Assembly (NCBI RefSeq): GCF_009914755.1
Contig: NC_060929.1
Origin: the human T2T-CHM13v2.0 reference genome, Homo sapiens
DNA length: 64,000 nucleotides
Reading direction: 5' to 3' (one strand)
A program made the translations under genes and the position numbers. The notes beneath the pieces were generated by a model. It saw only the letters and a program-made list of their open reading frames with translations, did not search any database and had not been told where the DNA came from. Position 1 is the stretch's first letter. The number at the start of each line of letters is the position of its first letter. This document shows, in pieces, positions 27,642 to 45,353 of the stretch.

Positions 27642-30600
27642 AAATAAAGTTCCCAAAACTTTATTTCTCTCTAGCTTCTTCTCCAAGAGCAAGTGATTAA
27701 ATCATGACAATGTTTCTAACTATGAATGTCACACATAAAATATGATACCAATTGAAAGTATATAGCTTGCAAGTACATCTGGGAATTGTAGAAACACAGA
27801 CAGCTCATCAGTGTTAATTCAGGCATGGTTTTGAACAATGTTCTGTCTACATATTGGGTTTTCTGATTACCTAACTTTCCTTTCTTGTCTACATTTCTCA
27901 ACAGAGATTTTTAGTTTATCTTAGAGTATTCATCATGGCTCAACTTATAATTTCAAGCGAAGCATGATTCAGAATGCCCTCGATTTTTAGCCCTTCACAG
28001 CCTTTGGTTATCTCAAAGTTACCTGTTCTGATGTCCACATCAGTATGCTAAAGTTAGGAGACTATGATACTATATTCCAAAGATTTTCCTCAGAAAAATG
28101 AAGACAGCTGTTGGCTAATCAGTCTGAAGTGCTTGTCTTTTGCTTATAAATCAGGTGCTCCTTAAGTTATAGTTCTTTCTTTCCTTATCTGTATTCATTC
28201 AGCAGCTGATGAAACTGTGCTATTATCTTCCAAATAATCTGGCATTTTCTCTGCAGAATTGTAAAATCAATATAAATCAGCTGAGAATTAAGGAAAGCGG
28301 TAATGAAAATCCTGAGGCAAAGTTAAAAAATTTTAAGTTTTCTGATGCATGATTCTGATTTAGATTAGTTTTCAGGTAACTGTTTGAGGGTCAAGAAAGA
28401 ATACATAAACTGATGATGATCTGGGTAAAATCTGTGAAAAATAGAAACTTGGTGTTGATATAAAAAGATGTTAACTGTATTTATTATACAACATAAACAT
28501 CAACATGTATCCGATAATGGAAGAATGCTCTGTAGCTAAAGCCAATGAAGAGAGAAATTTGGTAGATGATAGATAGACAGATTGCACTGATTCTACGAGC
28601 CCCCAGGATTTTGTATTCCCTTGAGATGTCTCAGTGCCTGGTCAGCAGCTGGTGGAGAAAGGTCAGAGTGAGCTGCACCATAAATCAATGGTACAGAGAG
28701 GCAGGATAAGTGGCTGGGCAGAGGCGGGGGAGGGAGGGACTTAATAGGAATAAAAAGAGGAATAGGTTTTGAGATGGCCAGTTAATGGTTACTGAACCGG
28801 AAAAATAGCACTGCAGGTTGCAGAAATGGCTAATGTCAAAACTTTGCATTATAATGAGATCTAGCTCAACCGTAGAAGGTTTTTACTTCTACAGTTTCTA
28901 ATAATCTGAATAAAGTTTCTTAAAATGCCACATTTATTCTCCAAAAGTTTAAGCATTGGTAAATTCAGAGGGCATACTATTAGGGTTTGTAAAACAAACA
29001 AAGAAAACCCACAAAAATATTATTTTAGTAATAAATTTGCAGACTTGTTCATTATTTAACTTATGCCATGTATAACTCTGAGTTGTAACTTCTGGCTCTA
29101 TATCTGAATTCTCATCAAGTATAAAATAATCATACTGAATCCAAAAACTCATTTCAGAGAGGTGTATGGTTACAATTTTTTTTAACATCAATAAAGATCC
29201 TCTTCAAATTCCCACTAAAATTAAACCATAAGTGCTACCATTTCTAGGGTTTATAGTTTTTAAAGCAAAAAACAAACAAACAAAAAAGAAGGGATATTTA
29301 CCTGAGTATACCAAATAAACAAATATTTTTAAACATTTGTTTAAATTGTTAACTTTGGCATATTGTAATTTAGAGGAAAATATCCCGAAATCTTTTAGCC
29401 TAACTCTCCTCATAGTACAGATAAGACAGCCATGCACATTGCAACCCTGGGTGCCCAAAGTCACACTACAAATTAAGGTCACAGGCAGAAAATTGAATAT
29501 ACGTCTCCTACTTCCTGGTCCATCTTCCTTTCTTCACCAGAAAAAAATAATTTTAAAAATGTATAAAGACTATCATGGTAAGATATTAGAAGAATGCTTC
29601 AGCAATGATGTTATGTTTTATCCAAGTCAATGTTCAGTATGAGTAGAATATAATCAAAATTAGAGAGAAGATAGAAGAGTCAGGAAACGTGCTGGTTTGG
29701 TTATCATATCTTCATAGTGTGTGTTCGTAAAACTTAGGAAAAAACCCTGGGATTCAGCTGCCCAGATATATTTAAAGAAATATGATTGTTCTACAAGATT
29801 TCTTTCAAGTAATAATAGAAAAAAATAGCATCAGTTTTGCTATTGTTGTAGGAGTAGTAGAATTAACAGAAATTCATCAATTGCCTCATTTTTTTTTCTA
29901 GTGAAAGGAGATGGCCAGCATTCAAGAATTTGCAGAGGCTACTACAAGGAAGTGCAGATTCTTCTCACAGTTGTTTCTTTTCTCACGTCCAGGAGAATTC
30001 AGCATTGCTTAAGCATATTTGCCCCAGGGTCTAGATGACAACTGATTGGAGTGATGTTTGCCCTATGCTTTTCAGACTTGATTAAAATGACTAGTGGAAT
30101 GAATGTGTGCTGTGGTTGACAGCCTTCTAAATTTGATAAAGAAAACTATAATTATATCCAATCTTACCTGATGTTTTAAACAAAATATTTACAGTGTGCA
30201 ATGAAGATATCTTTGTCCTTTATATGACCTGTAAGATGGCTTAGAAATTATAGCTTAACTGGATGCGTTGATATGATTAAATATATACTTAGTTGACTAC
30301 CTAAGAATTGCACAACAAAAATGAAAATGTAAGCCTGTGTTTTTTTTTTGATCTTCCCTAAGAATCACTTATGTCTGAATGTGAATACAATTTTTAAAGT
30401 AATGCTCGTTAGAAACATAAAAATAAGAAAAGATACTGTATTTTATTTTCACAGAAAAGTGCTTCTATAATTTTAAATAAATGCAATATGTAGGGGACTC
30501 ATCCAACTCTGTATCAGAAAGGAGACTGAAGAAACTGGAATACAAAATGCATCTGTTTATCCTGTTTTCAAATATAGTCAAAATTGAGGTCTTTTATGTA

Positions 30601-30849
30601 GATTTTAATCATTTTTAGTATTTTAAATTCTTCCTTAAATTTATCTTTATAGCCCAAATCTCTCTTGCCATGATTTGGATCCAATTCCCATTTTTCACCT
30701 TTAACAGAGGCAAATCAGTGGGTAGTGTCTAAAATACGTGATAACCTTCAATTGAAAAGTAACCATCAGTTTACAAATATTTTGTATTTTTAAGGATGGA
30801 TCTGCTTCTATTAAAATTAAGAATGCAGGTGAAGGCTCAGGACTGTCAC

Positions 30850-31222
30850 TCTGTTTACAGACTGAGGTATGGTTAGCTCTCTCTCATGCTTCTTTATAGT
30901 ACCCAATGATAATCACTAATTACTAATAATAACTACTTTATTATCATTTCCCACTATTCCTTTATTGAATGAAATGCAGATGGGTGGTGAGGTGTGGAGG
31001 TAATTAACACTCTCACATGAAAGTCCAAAGGTAGTCAAACATGACTGCCACTTAAATCCCATTGTCCAGAAGGGAATTACTTGGCCATACCCAGCTGCAA
31101 AGAAGGCTAAGAAACATAGCTTTGATATGGGGCAGCCATGTACCCAGATGGACACCGGGACTTTGTTAATACAGACTAAGCGGAAAATGGATTTGGGGGA
31201 GCTACTAGCAGTTTCCATTACA
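30850..31222 (-). mobile_element. MLT1-type LTR fragment
   Basis: cccattgtccagaagg ... ggccatacccagctgcaaagaaggctaagaaa ... gctactagcagtttccattaca. Confidence 0.55.
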
Positions 31223-32378
31223 CTCCACTCCACACATTTTAACATTGTATTAATAGTCAAATCCATTGTGCCTGGGTTAATCTCATATGGACCTTCATTG
31301 TTTTCAAACTTCTGAATTATATTTCATGCAGAGAAAAAAGAAATTGGTGTCAAGGACAATACAGAAGAAAAAAATTCTAAGCATCAAGTTACCAAGAATT
31401 TATAATTAGACATGCTCATAGTATATTTTAGAAGTGAAGAAAAGTATGACAAATTGAACTATAGGAAAATCTCTTAATTTAACTAAGAGCTTGGCTCTGA
31501 TCCTTTTGTCAGTGACTTGTGCAGGATCTCAAAATCATATTAAGTGTGGCATTAAAGAGATAGGGCTCAGTCACAAACTTAGCTTTGTTTAGGAATTCTA
31601 AACATGGCCAGACCACTTCAAAGTGCTTCACAAAAGATGTACAATTACTTAAAAAACTAATGCAATCTGTGGTCCCAAGATAAGGATTGAAAGCAGAAGG
31701 AAACAAGTGAGTCATTACAACTATTGGCTTCTATTTTTGATGAGATAAAGGAATTGCCTGCTTGAGTTCTAGCTGCTTCCTATGTGAATATGCACAAAGA
31801 ATGTAGGTGTGGTAAATAAAACAGAAGAAGCTATTTTAATACATTTTCATAATATTTTGCATGTAGTTTTAGACTGGGTTCATTTGATAAAATCTGACCT
31901 TCAAAATAATTACATAGTAAATTTTTAAAATTTTAAACAGACAGTTCTTATTTTTGCTAAAATAAGTTCTTGATTTGGTGGCCGCCAAACTCCTATTTGC
32001 ATTCTATGTCATATGACTTAAATTATCTATAATTAATCTTTCAATATTTAAATATTTTCTTTTTCTTTTTGGCTAGGACTATTGATCATATAATAATTAA
32101 CACTTCCAGGCTTTGGGGCTTTGTATAGCAGTTAGGGAAAAAATATATATAAAGATGAATCTTTTTTCTTCCTTCAAAATTTTGTGCCTTTCTGATTTAC
32201 TGTAGCCTGGAGCAGAAGGTCACTGTCTGATCCTCAAACTTCTGATTGTTCACATCTTCATTTTGCTGCTACTGATAGACTCGCCTTCCTGGTCTCCGTA
32301 CATTTTGACTTAACTCTTTGTGTCTTTTGTGAGCATACACACATAAACCTGGAGGAATGTTTTAAAAAGATGACTAAT

Positions 32379-32772
<394 letters not shown>

Positions 32773-32889
32773 CTAGGAATCTCTACCAGCACCTAGCAAA
32801 TACATTGGACAATGAGGGTTAATAGACAGGAATGACAAGTGCTATACTGCTGAATTTTATGCTCAGTGTTCACCACTTTTTCTTTAATG

Positions 32890-33150
32890 GTAATAACAAT
32901 ATCAATAGCTAACATTTTTTGAGCATTTACTAATGTATGGACACTGTTACACATATCTTATCCATTTGCTAATTAAATCCTCTTAACAATCTACAAGGCA
33001 GGAATCATTTTCTTCCCAATTTTACTAATAAGGTAGCTGCATCACAAAGAGCTCAAGAATTTGCCCAACATCACATAATCAGGATGTAGCAGATGGGAAA
33101 TACCAACATAGGCAGTCTCATACTAGAACCCAGGCTCTTGCTTAGCACAG
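32890..33150 (-). mobile_element. MIR
   Basis: aatagctaacattttttgagcatttact ... cccaattttac ... ttgcccaacatcaca ... gaacccaggctctt. Confidence 0.8.
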
Positions 33151-33493
33151 GGATCCATCTTCCTCTTTTGTTCATGACCTAAGCCATAGCTGCAAAAGGA
33201 TATTTCTCCTAAAATAATTGAAGACACATTGGAACCACTTGTAAGTTCTGTAATTATATTTGAATAACATTTGTGTTGCTATTTCCTTCTCTGATAATTA
33301 TCCTCTATTCTCTTTCCATCTGTATGGCTGTAATAGAAACATCCATATGACCCTGTCTTCTAGACCATAGTTTATTGAACCATGAGTGGGCATCTGACTC
33401 AAGATGAGCCACTGAGATCTCTTCTAGGCTATATGGTGTAGGTAGAGGTTTCAGTTTTCGCCTATCTTCTTGAACAGCAAAAATATAAACTTG

Positions 33494-33774
33494 GGCCGGG
33501 AGCAGTGGCTCACACCTGTAATCTCAGCACTTTGGGAGGCTGAGGCGGGAGGATTACCTGAGCTCAGGAGTTCAAGACCAGCCTGGGCAACATGGCAAAA
33601 CCCCGTCTCTACCCAAAATACAAAAAATTAGCCAGGTGTGGTCGTGCACACCTGTAGTCCCAGGTAATCAGGAAGCTGAGATGGGAGGATCACTTAAGCT
33701 TGGGAGGCAGAGGCTGAAGTGAGCTGGGGTCATGCCACTGCATTCCAGCCTGGGTGACTCCATCTCAAAAAAAA
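33494..33774 (+). mobile_element. Alu (Jb/early S-like)
   Basis: Dimeric Alu; TSD taaacttgg on both sides. Confidence 0.9.
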
Positions 33775-33889
33775 GTAAACTTGGAAGCTGGTAGCAGTGG
33801 CCATTTACTACAGTACTACATGGACCAGGTAAAAGAGAAAGCTGGTCTGCAGTAAAAGAAGAATAAGCAACCCTTCCCTGGTTTACTAC

Positions 33890-34367
33890 AGGAGACAGAT
33901 TCCATAACTGTCCCCAATTCTTTATTCCCCTTCCTGTATGCCACTCCCTTAACATTATGACTGCAGGTCTTCCCAACAAGAGGTGGAGCCAGTGGCCCAT
34001 CGCTTAGATCTGGACTGGACTTGTGACTTGGCAAAAGTGACAGAATGCTAGTTTCAAGTCTTAATCACAAGAAGCTTTTCATATTTACAGTTTTTATCTT
34101 TGACCCATCTTCTCCCTAAGAACATGCCTGGCTGGCTTGCTGGAAGGATAAGAAGCATAGCTATGGTGCCATAGCCAAGATCATCCTAAAAAGCCAGGAG
34201 ATAGCTGACCCACCAACTGACTAAAGAGACAAAGAGATGCCCCCTGAGATCATCCAAGCCTAGTCCAGATGAGCAGAACTGCCCAGCCAACCCATAGACT
34301 TGTGAAAAATAGTAAATTGTGGTTTTTATAAGGGTGGCTTGTAATGCAGCGTTAGCTAACTGATACA
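33890..34367 (+). mobile_element. MLT1G/H-like LTR nested in an older MLT1
   Basis: cagaactgcccagccaacccatagacttgtga ... gctaactgataca end; older MLT-like sequence continues to ~34532. Confidence 0.6.
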
Positions 34368-34614
34368 GTTACCTGCAGTTTTCCCATCCATTAAGATACT
34401 AGAGGCCTGGATATGCTGCAGTAGCAGGTTTCCATAACTCACACTTATAGTCTTTTAATAAATTTTCCATTTGTCTTAAGTTTTCTCAGTTGGGTTTCTG
34501 TTATATGCAACCGTAAGAATCCTAAGTGATGTGAGTTTTATAAGATCTGAGAATAACAAGAACAGCATCTTACTTTTACAGAGTCCTGTTAAGAGGTAAC
34601 CAGTTTAGTAATAG

Positions 34615-34979
<365 letters not shown>

Positions 34980-36713
34980 TAATATATAAATATGTCTACA
35001 CTGCAACAACTTAAAAGTCTACATATGCCTCAAGCATTAAAATGGAAAAGTTCCCCTTTCCTATTCCCAACCTATAGTAAAGACCCTCCTCAGAGGAACC
35101 AGAGTTAATAGCTCAGACAGCTAATAAGGAGCAAGAACTTTAAACTTGTACCTTTACTGAAACTTGGACAATTGAAACCTGGATGGAGAAGATAAGAACC
35201 TACATAATTGTCAAAGCAGTGAACTGGATTTTACTGTTGTTTCTTTTGCAGTTATTGGATCTGCTTTTAGGGCAGATTGTTGCTTGTTTGACCTGAAAAT
35301 CCTCCATAGGCCATTTAATGATGTAAGTATTACACTGATCTCTCACCTGGATAGATGTTGGAGATGGTGAGCCCCCAAAACTTGAGTGTTTTAGCACAAA
35401 GAGGTTCACACAGGAGGCTGGCTGTATGGGTAAGCTAAGTGTTCTTATTGTATGACAAGTATTAGTCTCTTCGAGATAAATGTTTTATTTTATATATTTA
35501 GCTTAAGATCTCATTGTCTTAAAAATGTCACTTGTTCTTACAAATAAACATTCGTGTTTGTTTGCAGGATTGCTGATAGGGAACTGAGCTCTAAGAAGCT
35601 AAAGGAGAGTCATGGCACATGGCAATGCTGTTTCGAGGCCTGCAAGATATTTGCCAGCCTTCTAAGCCCCATGAGAACCTTCACACAGGTAGGGGACACC
35701 ATCAACAATGGTGATGATGAGGTTCCTTCAGGAACCGCAATAGTAAACATGGACCCAGAGGAGCCAGGGCAGGGAGGAAAGAAGGTGATAGATACCTGTT
35801 GGAGATCAGGATAGATAGACTACACAACAATTGGAAATAATCTGGGTGTCAAATATTCATACAAGCCTAGTTTTTAATTATAGACTGTTAAAGCTTGCAA
35901 TATACCAGCTACAGTTTATGTAAGTATACACCAAAAGAAATATTTGGAAGGATATACACCAGAACTTATACACAGGATCTCTGAATAATAGCATCAAGAG
36001 ATCTTATAATTCTTGTACTTTTGGCTTTATGTATTTTCTAATTTCTTGTAGTGTACACGTACTAGTTGTATAATTTTTAACAATTAAAAATTATCCCAAA
36101 GGGGAGAAATAAAAGAATGTATATCACATTTCCCTTAAGATAAACATCTGCTTTGATTTATGCTTATGATTGTTTTTAAAGGTCATGTGAAAGCATCTTT
36201 TGATTTTTTAGAATATCTTTAGTTAAAATATAATTTTCTTTCCTTGGTGACCTGATTATTTGGAGCAGCAGTATTTGGGTGTGTACTGATAATTTGGTAA
36301 CATGTCTTTTATAGTCATTACTGGGGCTTGGTTTATATGTTCTTAGGGATACAATGATAGCGGTGTGATTAGAGAACTTATCTAAAAGTAAATAGGTCTG
36401 CAGGCCACTGAAGTTACTTGTTTGATCCTGTTTGCTACATATTCAATATCCTTCTAGGTTTCTGGAGTTCTGTGGAGCCATAACAGGAGGAATAAAGAAG
36501 GCATCTGTGTCTTCCTGCGTGCCCTAATAGAAGAACATATATCCATGGAATCTTAAGGTTGGACTTTCTTATTTAAGTGCATAGGGTGGCCAGATATCTT
36601 GATTCATAAGAACAGTCCCCAATTTTAGATACTGTCAGGCCATTTGTCTTGAAAAATAAAGTTTAAAAAGAGAGGCTTTAGACTTTAAATGTGTGAATTG
36701 TATAATACATGAA

Positions 36714-37196
36714 TTATCTCTCAATAAACCTGTTTTTTTTTTTAAAAAGGGGATACTGGTCAGGTTCCAAGATGGCAGAATAGGAACAGCTCCAGTCTGC
36801 AGCTCCCAGCAAGATTGGCACAGAAGATGGGTGATTTCTGCATTTCCAACTGAGGTACCTGGTTCGTCTCATTGGGACTGCTTGGACAGTGGGTGCAGCC
36901 CATGGAGGGCAAGATGAAGCAGGGCAGGGTGTTGCCTCACCCGGGAAGCACAAGGGGTTGGGGGATTTCTCTTTCCTGGCTAAGGGAGGCCATGACAGAC
37001 TGTACCTGGAGAAACGGTACACTCCTGACCAAATACTGCTCTTTTCCCATGGTCTCAGCAACCGGTAGACCAGGAGATACCCTCCCATGCCTGGCTTGGC
37101 ACATCCCATGCCCATAGAGTCTTGCTCACTGCTAGCACAGCAGTCTGAGATCAACCTGTTATGCTGCAGCTTGACAGCGGGAGGGGCGTCTGCCAT
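36714..37196 (-). CDS. L1 ORF0-homologous antisense ORF, open for 160 aa
   Basis: N-terminus MADAPP..LISDCCAS...R..EK..I..GV.RFSR matches primate L1 ORF0; GCAATGG Kozak context; expression unproven. Confidence 0.4.
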   Translation of the reverse strand: MADAPPAVKLQHNRLISDCCASSEQDSMGMGCAKPGMGGYLLVYRLLRPWEKSSIWSGVYRFSRYSLSWPPLARKEKSPNPLCFPGEATPCPASSCPPWAAPTVQAVPMRRTRYLSWKCRNHPSSVPILLGAADWSCSYSAILEPDQYPLFKKKNRFIER

Positions 37197-37785
37197 TGCA
37201 GAGGCTTGAGTAGCTCACAGGGTAAACAAAGTGGCCAGGAAGCTCGAACTTGGCGGAGCCCACCGCAGCTCAGCAAGGACTACTGTTTCTCTAGATTCCA
37301 CCTCTGAGGGCAGACCAGAGCAGAACAAAAGGCAGCAGACAGCTTCTGCAGATTTAAACGTCCCTGTCAGACAGCTCTGAAGACAGCAGTGGTTCTCCCA
37401 GCATGGCGTTCGAGCTCTGAGAACAGACAGACTGCCTCCTCAAGTGGGTCCCTGACCCAATGTATCCTGCCTAGAAGACACCTCCCAGTAAGGGACGACA
37501 GACACCTCAAACAGGCGGGTGCCCCTCTGGGATGAAGCTTCCAGAGGAAGGATCAGGCAGCAATATTTGCTGTTCTGCAGCCTCCACTGGTGATACCAGG
37601 CAAACAGGGTCTGGAGTGGACCTCCAGCAAACTCCAACAGACCTGCAGCTGAGGGGCCTGACTCTTAGAAGGAAAACTAACAAAGAGAAAGGAATAGCAT
37701 CAATGTCAACAAAAAGGATGTCCACACCAAAACCCCATCTGTAGGTCACCAACATCAAAGACCAAAGGTAGATAAAACCACAAAG

Positions 37786-38808
37786 ATGGGGAGAAACCAG
37801 AGCAGAAAAGTGGAAAATCCCAAAAACCAGAGTGCCTCTTCTCCTCCAAAGGATTGCAGCTCCTCACCAGCAAGGGAACAAAACCGATGGAGAACGAGTT
37901 TGACGAGTTGACAAAAGTAGGCTTCAGAAGGTTGGTAATAACAGATTTCTCCAAGCTAAAGGAGCATGTTCTAACCCATCATGAAGAAGCTAAAAACCTT
38001 GAAAAATGGTTAGATGAATGGCTAACTAGAATAAACAGTGTAGAGAAGACCTTAAATGACCCGATGGAGATGCAAACCACAGCACGAGAACTTCGTGATG
38101 AATGCACAAGCTTCAATAGCCGATTCGATCAAGTGGAAGAAAGGGTATCAGTGATTGAAGATCATATTAATGAAATAAAGCAAGAGACAAGATTAGAGAA
38201 AAAAGAATGAATAGAAATGAACAAAGCCTCCAAGAAATATGGGACTATGTGAAAAGACCACATATACATTTGATTGGTGTACCGGAAAGTGACAGGGAGA
38301 ATGGAACCAAGTTAGAAAACACTCTTCAGGATATTATCCAGGAGAACTTCCCTAACCTAGCAAGGCAGGCCAACATTCAAATTCAGGAAACACAGAGAAC
38401 ACCACACAGATACTCCTCGAGAAGAGCAACTCCAAGACACATAATTGTCAGATTCACTGAGGTTGAAATGAAGAAAAAATTTTAAGGGCATCCAGAGAGA
38501 AAGGTCAGGTTACCCACAAAGGGAAGTCCATCAGACTAATAGTGGATCTCTCGGCAGAAACCCTACAAGCCAGAAGAGAGTGGGGGCCAATATTCAACAT
38601 TCTTAAAGAAAAGAATTCTCAACCCAGAATCTCATATCCAGCCAAATTAAGCTTCATAAGTGAAGGAGAAATAAAACCCTTTACAGACAAGCAAATGCTG
38701 AGAGATTTTGTCACCATCAGGCCTGCCTTACAAGAGCTCCTGAAGGAAGCACTAAACAAGGAAAGGAACAACCAGTACCAGCCACTGCAAAAACATGCCA
38801 GATTGTAA
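37786..38808 (+). pseudogene. L1 ORF1p, frameshifted
   Basis: MGRNQSRK start; NEQSLQEIWDYVKRP, ARREWGPIFNILKEK, YPAKLSF in different frames. Confidence 0.92.
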
Positions 38809-38871
38809 AGACCATCGATGTTATGAAGAAACTGCATCAATTAATGGGCAAAATAACCAGCTAACATCATA

Positions 38872-42660
<3,789 letters not shown>

Positions 42661-43164
42661 ACTCAGGGAGGGGAACATCACACATGGGAACCTGTCGGGG
42701 GTTAGGGGGCTTGGGGAGGGATAGCATTAGGAGAATTACCTAACGTAAATGACAAGTTGATGGGTGCAGCAAAGCAACATGGCACATGTATACCTATGTA
42801 ACAAACCTGCACGTTGTGCACATGTGCCCTAGAACTTAAAGTATAATAAAAAGATAATAAAAATAAATAAATAAGTAAAATAAAATAAAAAGAAGGGGAT
42901 ACAACAGAGGGGTGACATATTAGTACAATAAAGAAAGCACATTGCCCTGAGCTCAATAATTAATTGTTGAATGAATGAGTGAACAATAGCTTGAATACAG
43001 ATAAATATTCAATTGACCTGTTTTTGTTTAAAGTAGTCTCTGTGCTCAAACTGTAAAATTAGAGTTGATTTGTAAGATTACTGTGAGTATCAAGAAGAAA
43101 AATAATAAGAGTTCTAAAGATGTAAATACATCTCAAGTTATGAGAACAATTTTTAATATCTGAT

Positions 43165-43669
43165 GATGGTATATGTGGGATCCTACCCCTAAGATGACCT
43201 CCAATGATTCCCACCTCTTAGTATTCACATCCTATGTAATCCCTCCCACATTATATTAGGGTTGATCTGTGCAACTAACAGAAAATGGCCGAAGTGATGG
43301 TTTGTCACTCCCAAGACTAGGCCATAAAAGACAGTGTATCTTCTGCTCCATCCCCTCTTCTCTCTCAGATAATCTGTTCTGGGGGAAGCCCAGCTCCTGT
43401 GCCATGAGCAACCCCATAGAGATGCCCATGTTGTAAATAAATGAGCCTTCCTTTTAACAGCCAAATGAGTGAGTTTTGAAGCCTTCAGATGACTGCAGCC
43501 ACAGCTGACAGCTTAACTGCAATTTTATGAAAGACTCTGAGCCAGAACCACCCAGCTAACTCCCTCCTGGATTCCTGACCATGAGAAACTGTGTGTGATA
43601 AATGTCGATTGTCATATAAGCTGCTAAATTTGGGGGCAATTTGTTATGCAGCCTTAGATAACTATTACA
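43165..43669 (+). mobile_element. MLT1F-like LTR
   Basis: aagatgacctccaatgattcccacctc ... gactctgagccagaaccacccagc ... gataactattaca. Confidence 0.8.
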
Positions 43670-44092
43670 TTAGAGAATAGGAGAACTGACAAAATGTAGA
43701 GATTCCAGTCTTATGTAACAATGTAGGCATTTCTAGAAAACAGAAAACCAATGAAATTCTATAACACCTGATTTGCCTTGGGCCTTCTATCCTATTAATT
43801 CCTTTCCCTCCACAAGTTTTTAATGTGCTTGACTGGAAGATTTTACTCTCCTGTGGAAACATTTCTAGTTGTAAAATGAGCATCCATAGAAAATTCAGAT
43901 TTACTTTAAGTTGGTTATGATTTATTCTCTGTAAAAATTAATGTCCTTTCTTAAACACTAGAATTACTTTTCCTATAATAACCATAAAATTTATTATGTG
44001 AGAAAGATGATGTTACACAGAAGTAAGTTTAGTTGAGAACAATCAACAAATTTTAAGACCTTTTTCTATCATATAATTTTCTATTATGGTTT

Positions 44093-44257
44093 TGGGGGAG
44101 GGATAGCATTAGGAGATATACCTAATGTAAATGACGAGTTAATGGGTGCAGCACACCAATGTGGCACATGTATACATATGTAACAAACCTGCATGTTGTG
44201 CACATGTACCCTAGAACTTAAAGTATAATAAAATACATCTATATAAAAAAAAGAAAA
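44093..44257 (+). mobile_element. L1PA5-like 3' end fragment
   Basis: gggatagcattaggagatatacctaatgtaaatgacgagttaatgggtgcagcac ... aaagtataataaaa. Confidence 0.9.
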
Positions 44258-45353
44258 TAGATAATTTTCCAGTTGAATCAAACTAGAGTGCTTTTGACAG
44301 ATGATATCTCTTTTGTAGATCCATAGTTCAAAAACACAGGAAGGAGTTACAGCCCACTGTCAGATAAAGCAAATTTAATCTTAGAAAAAACTATCCTCAC
44401 TAATGAATGAACCAAAAAGAATTTCCTTTTACTAGTTTAACTGTACCAATTTATTGCAACAAATATCTCCAAAAGAATGAGTGTAAGTGATGAGAATGTG
44501 ATAGTATTTATAGGTTGTTTGTCCATCCTCTCCTTTACTTCTGAACAGCCTCTCCTGATCACTTGCATGGCCATAGGTTAAAACGTGGCAGCCATGTTCA
44601 TCAAACATCAGCCCTTGGACCCAGATGATTGTGCCAAGGTGAACATCTGATAATTCTGAAAATTTGGAATAGTGAGTGGGGAAGGGAGCTAAGAAAGAAT
44701 TGGGATTGATTTTGTTTTTCTCAGGATAACTGGACCTATGACATATAAACTTGGGAGCAGTCTTGGCCATGTTTTCATCAATGTAGTAAGAAGCAGAGGA
44801 AAACTGTTGGTTAAGAGGAAGGGAATGAATCAGAAATGCAGAGAGGAGCATACATAGAAGTCAAGAGAATGTTTCCAGCTCCATCTTTGTCCTTTGATTC
44901 CTCAAGATATTCCTGTGTTTTTCTAATATATTTGTTAAGCTCAAGGGGGTTTCTGTTGCTTGAAAATAAGAGTTTTATCTAATAAAGAAATAACATAGTG
45001 CTATATCCTAAAGGGTTAGTTAAGAAATTGGGAAAGATTTGACTATACAGCTATTCATCACAGCACTGGAAACACTCTAAACATTCAACAGTAGAGGACT
45101 AGTACATCCATTATGTGCCCAATATCAATCATATTATAGGAGAATATTAGGGTAGGATTACACGTATATAATAGATGTTATGAAAAAAGCAAGTTTGGGA
45201 AGGTTATTTGCTAACCTTCCCAAATGATACCATTTATGTTTTAAATTATTTATATATAGGCATACCAAAAAATTATAGTATCATGTAAACAAAAATGTCA
45301 ACATTCTCTCTGATAGAATTGCAAAACGTTTTATTCCCTCCTTTTAAAAACGA

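Noticed and set aside
44432-44851. 139-aa minus ORF
   Set aside because: Overlaps a degenerate MLT1-like LTR remnant; no recognisable protein
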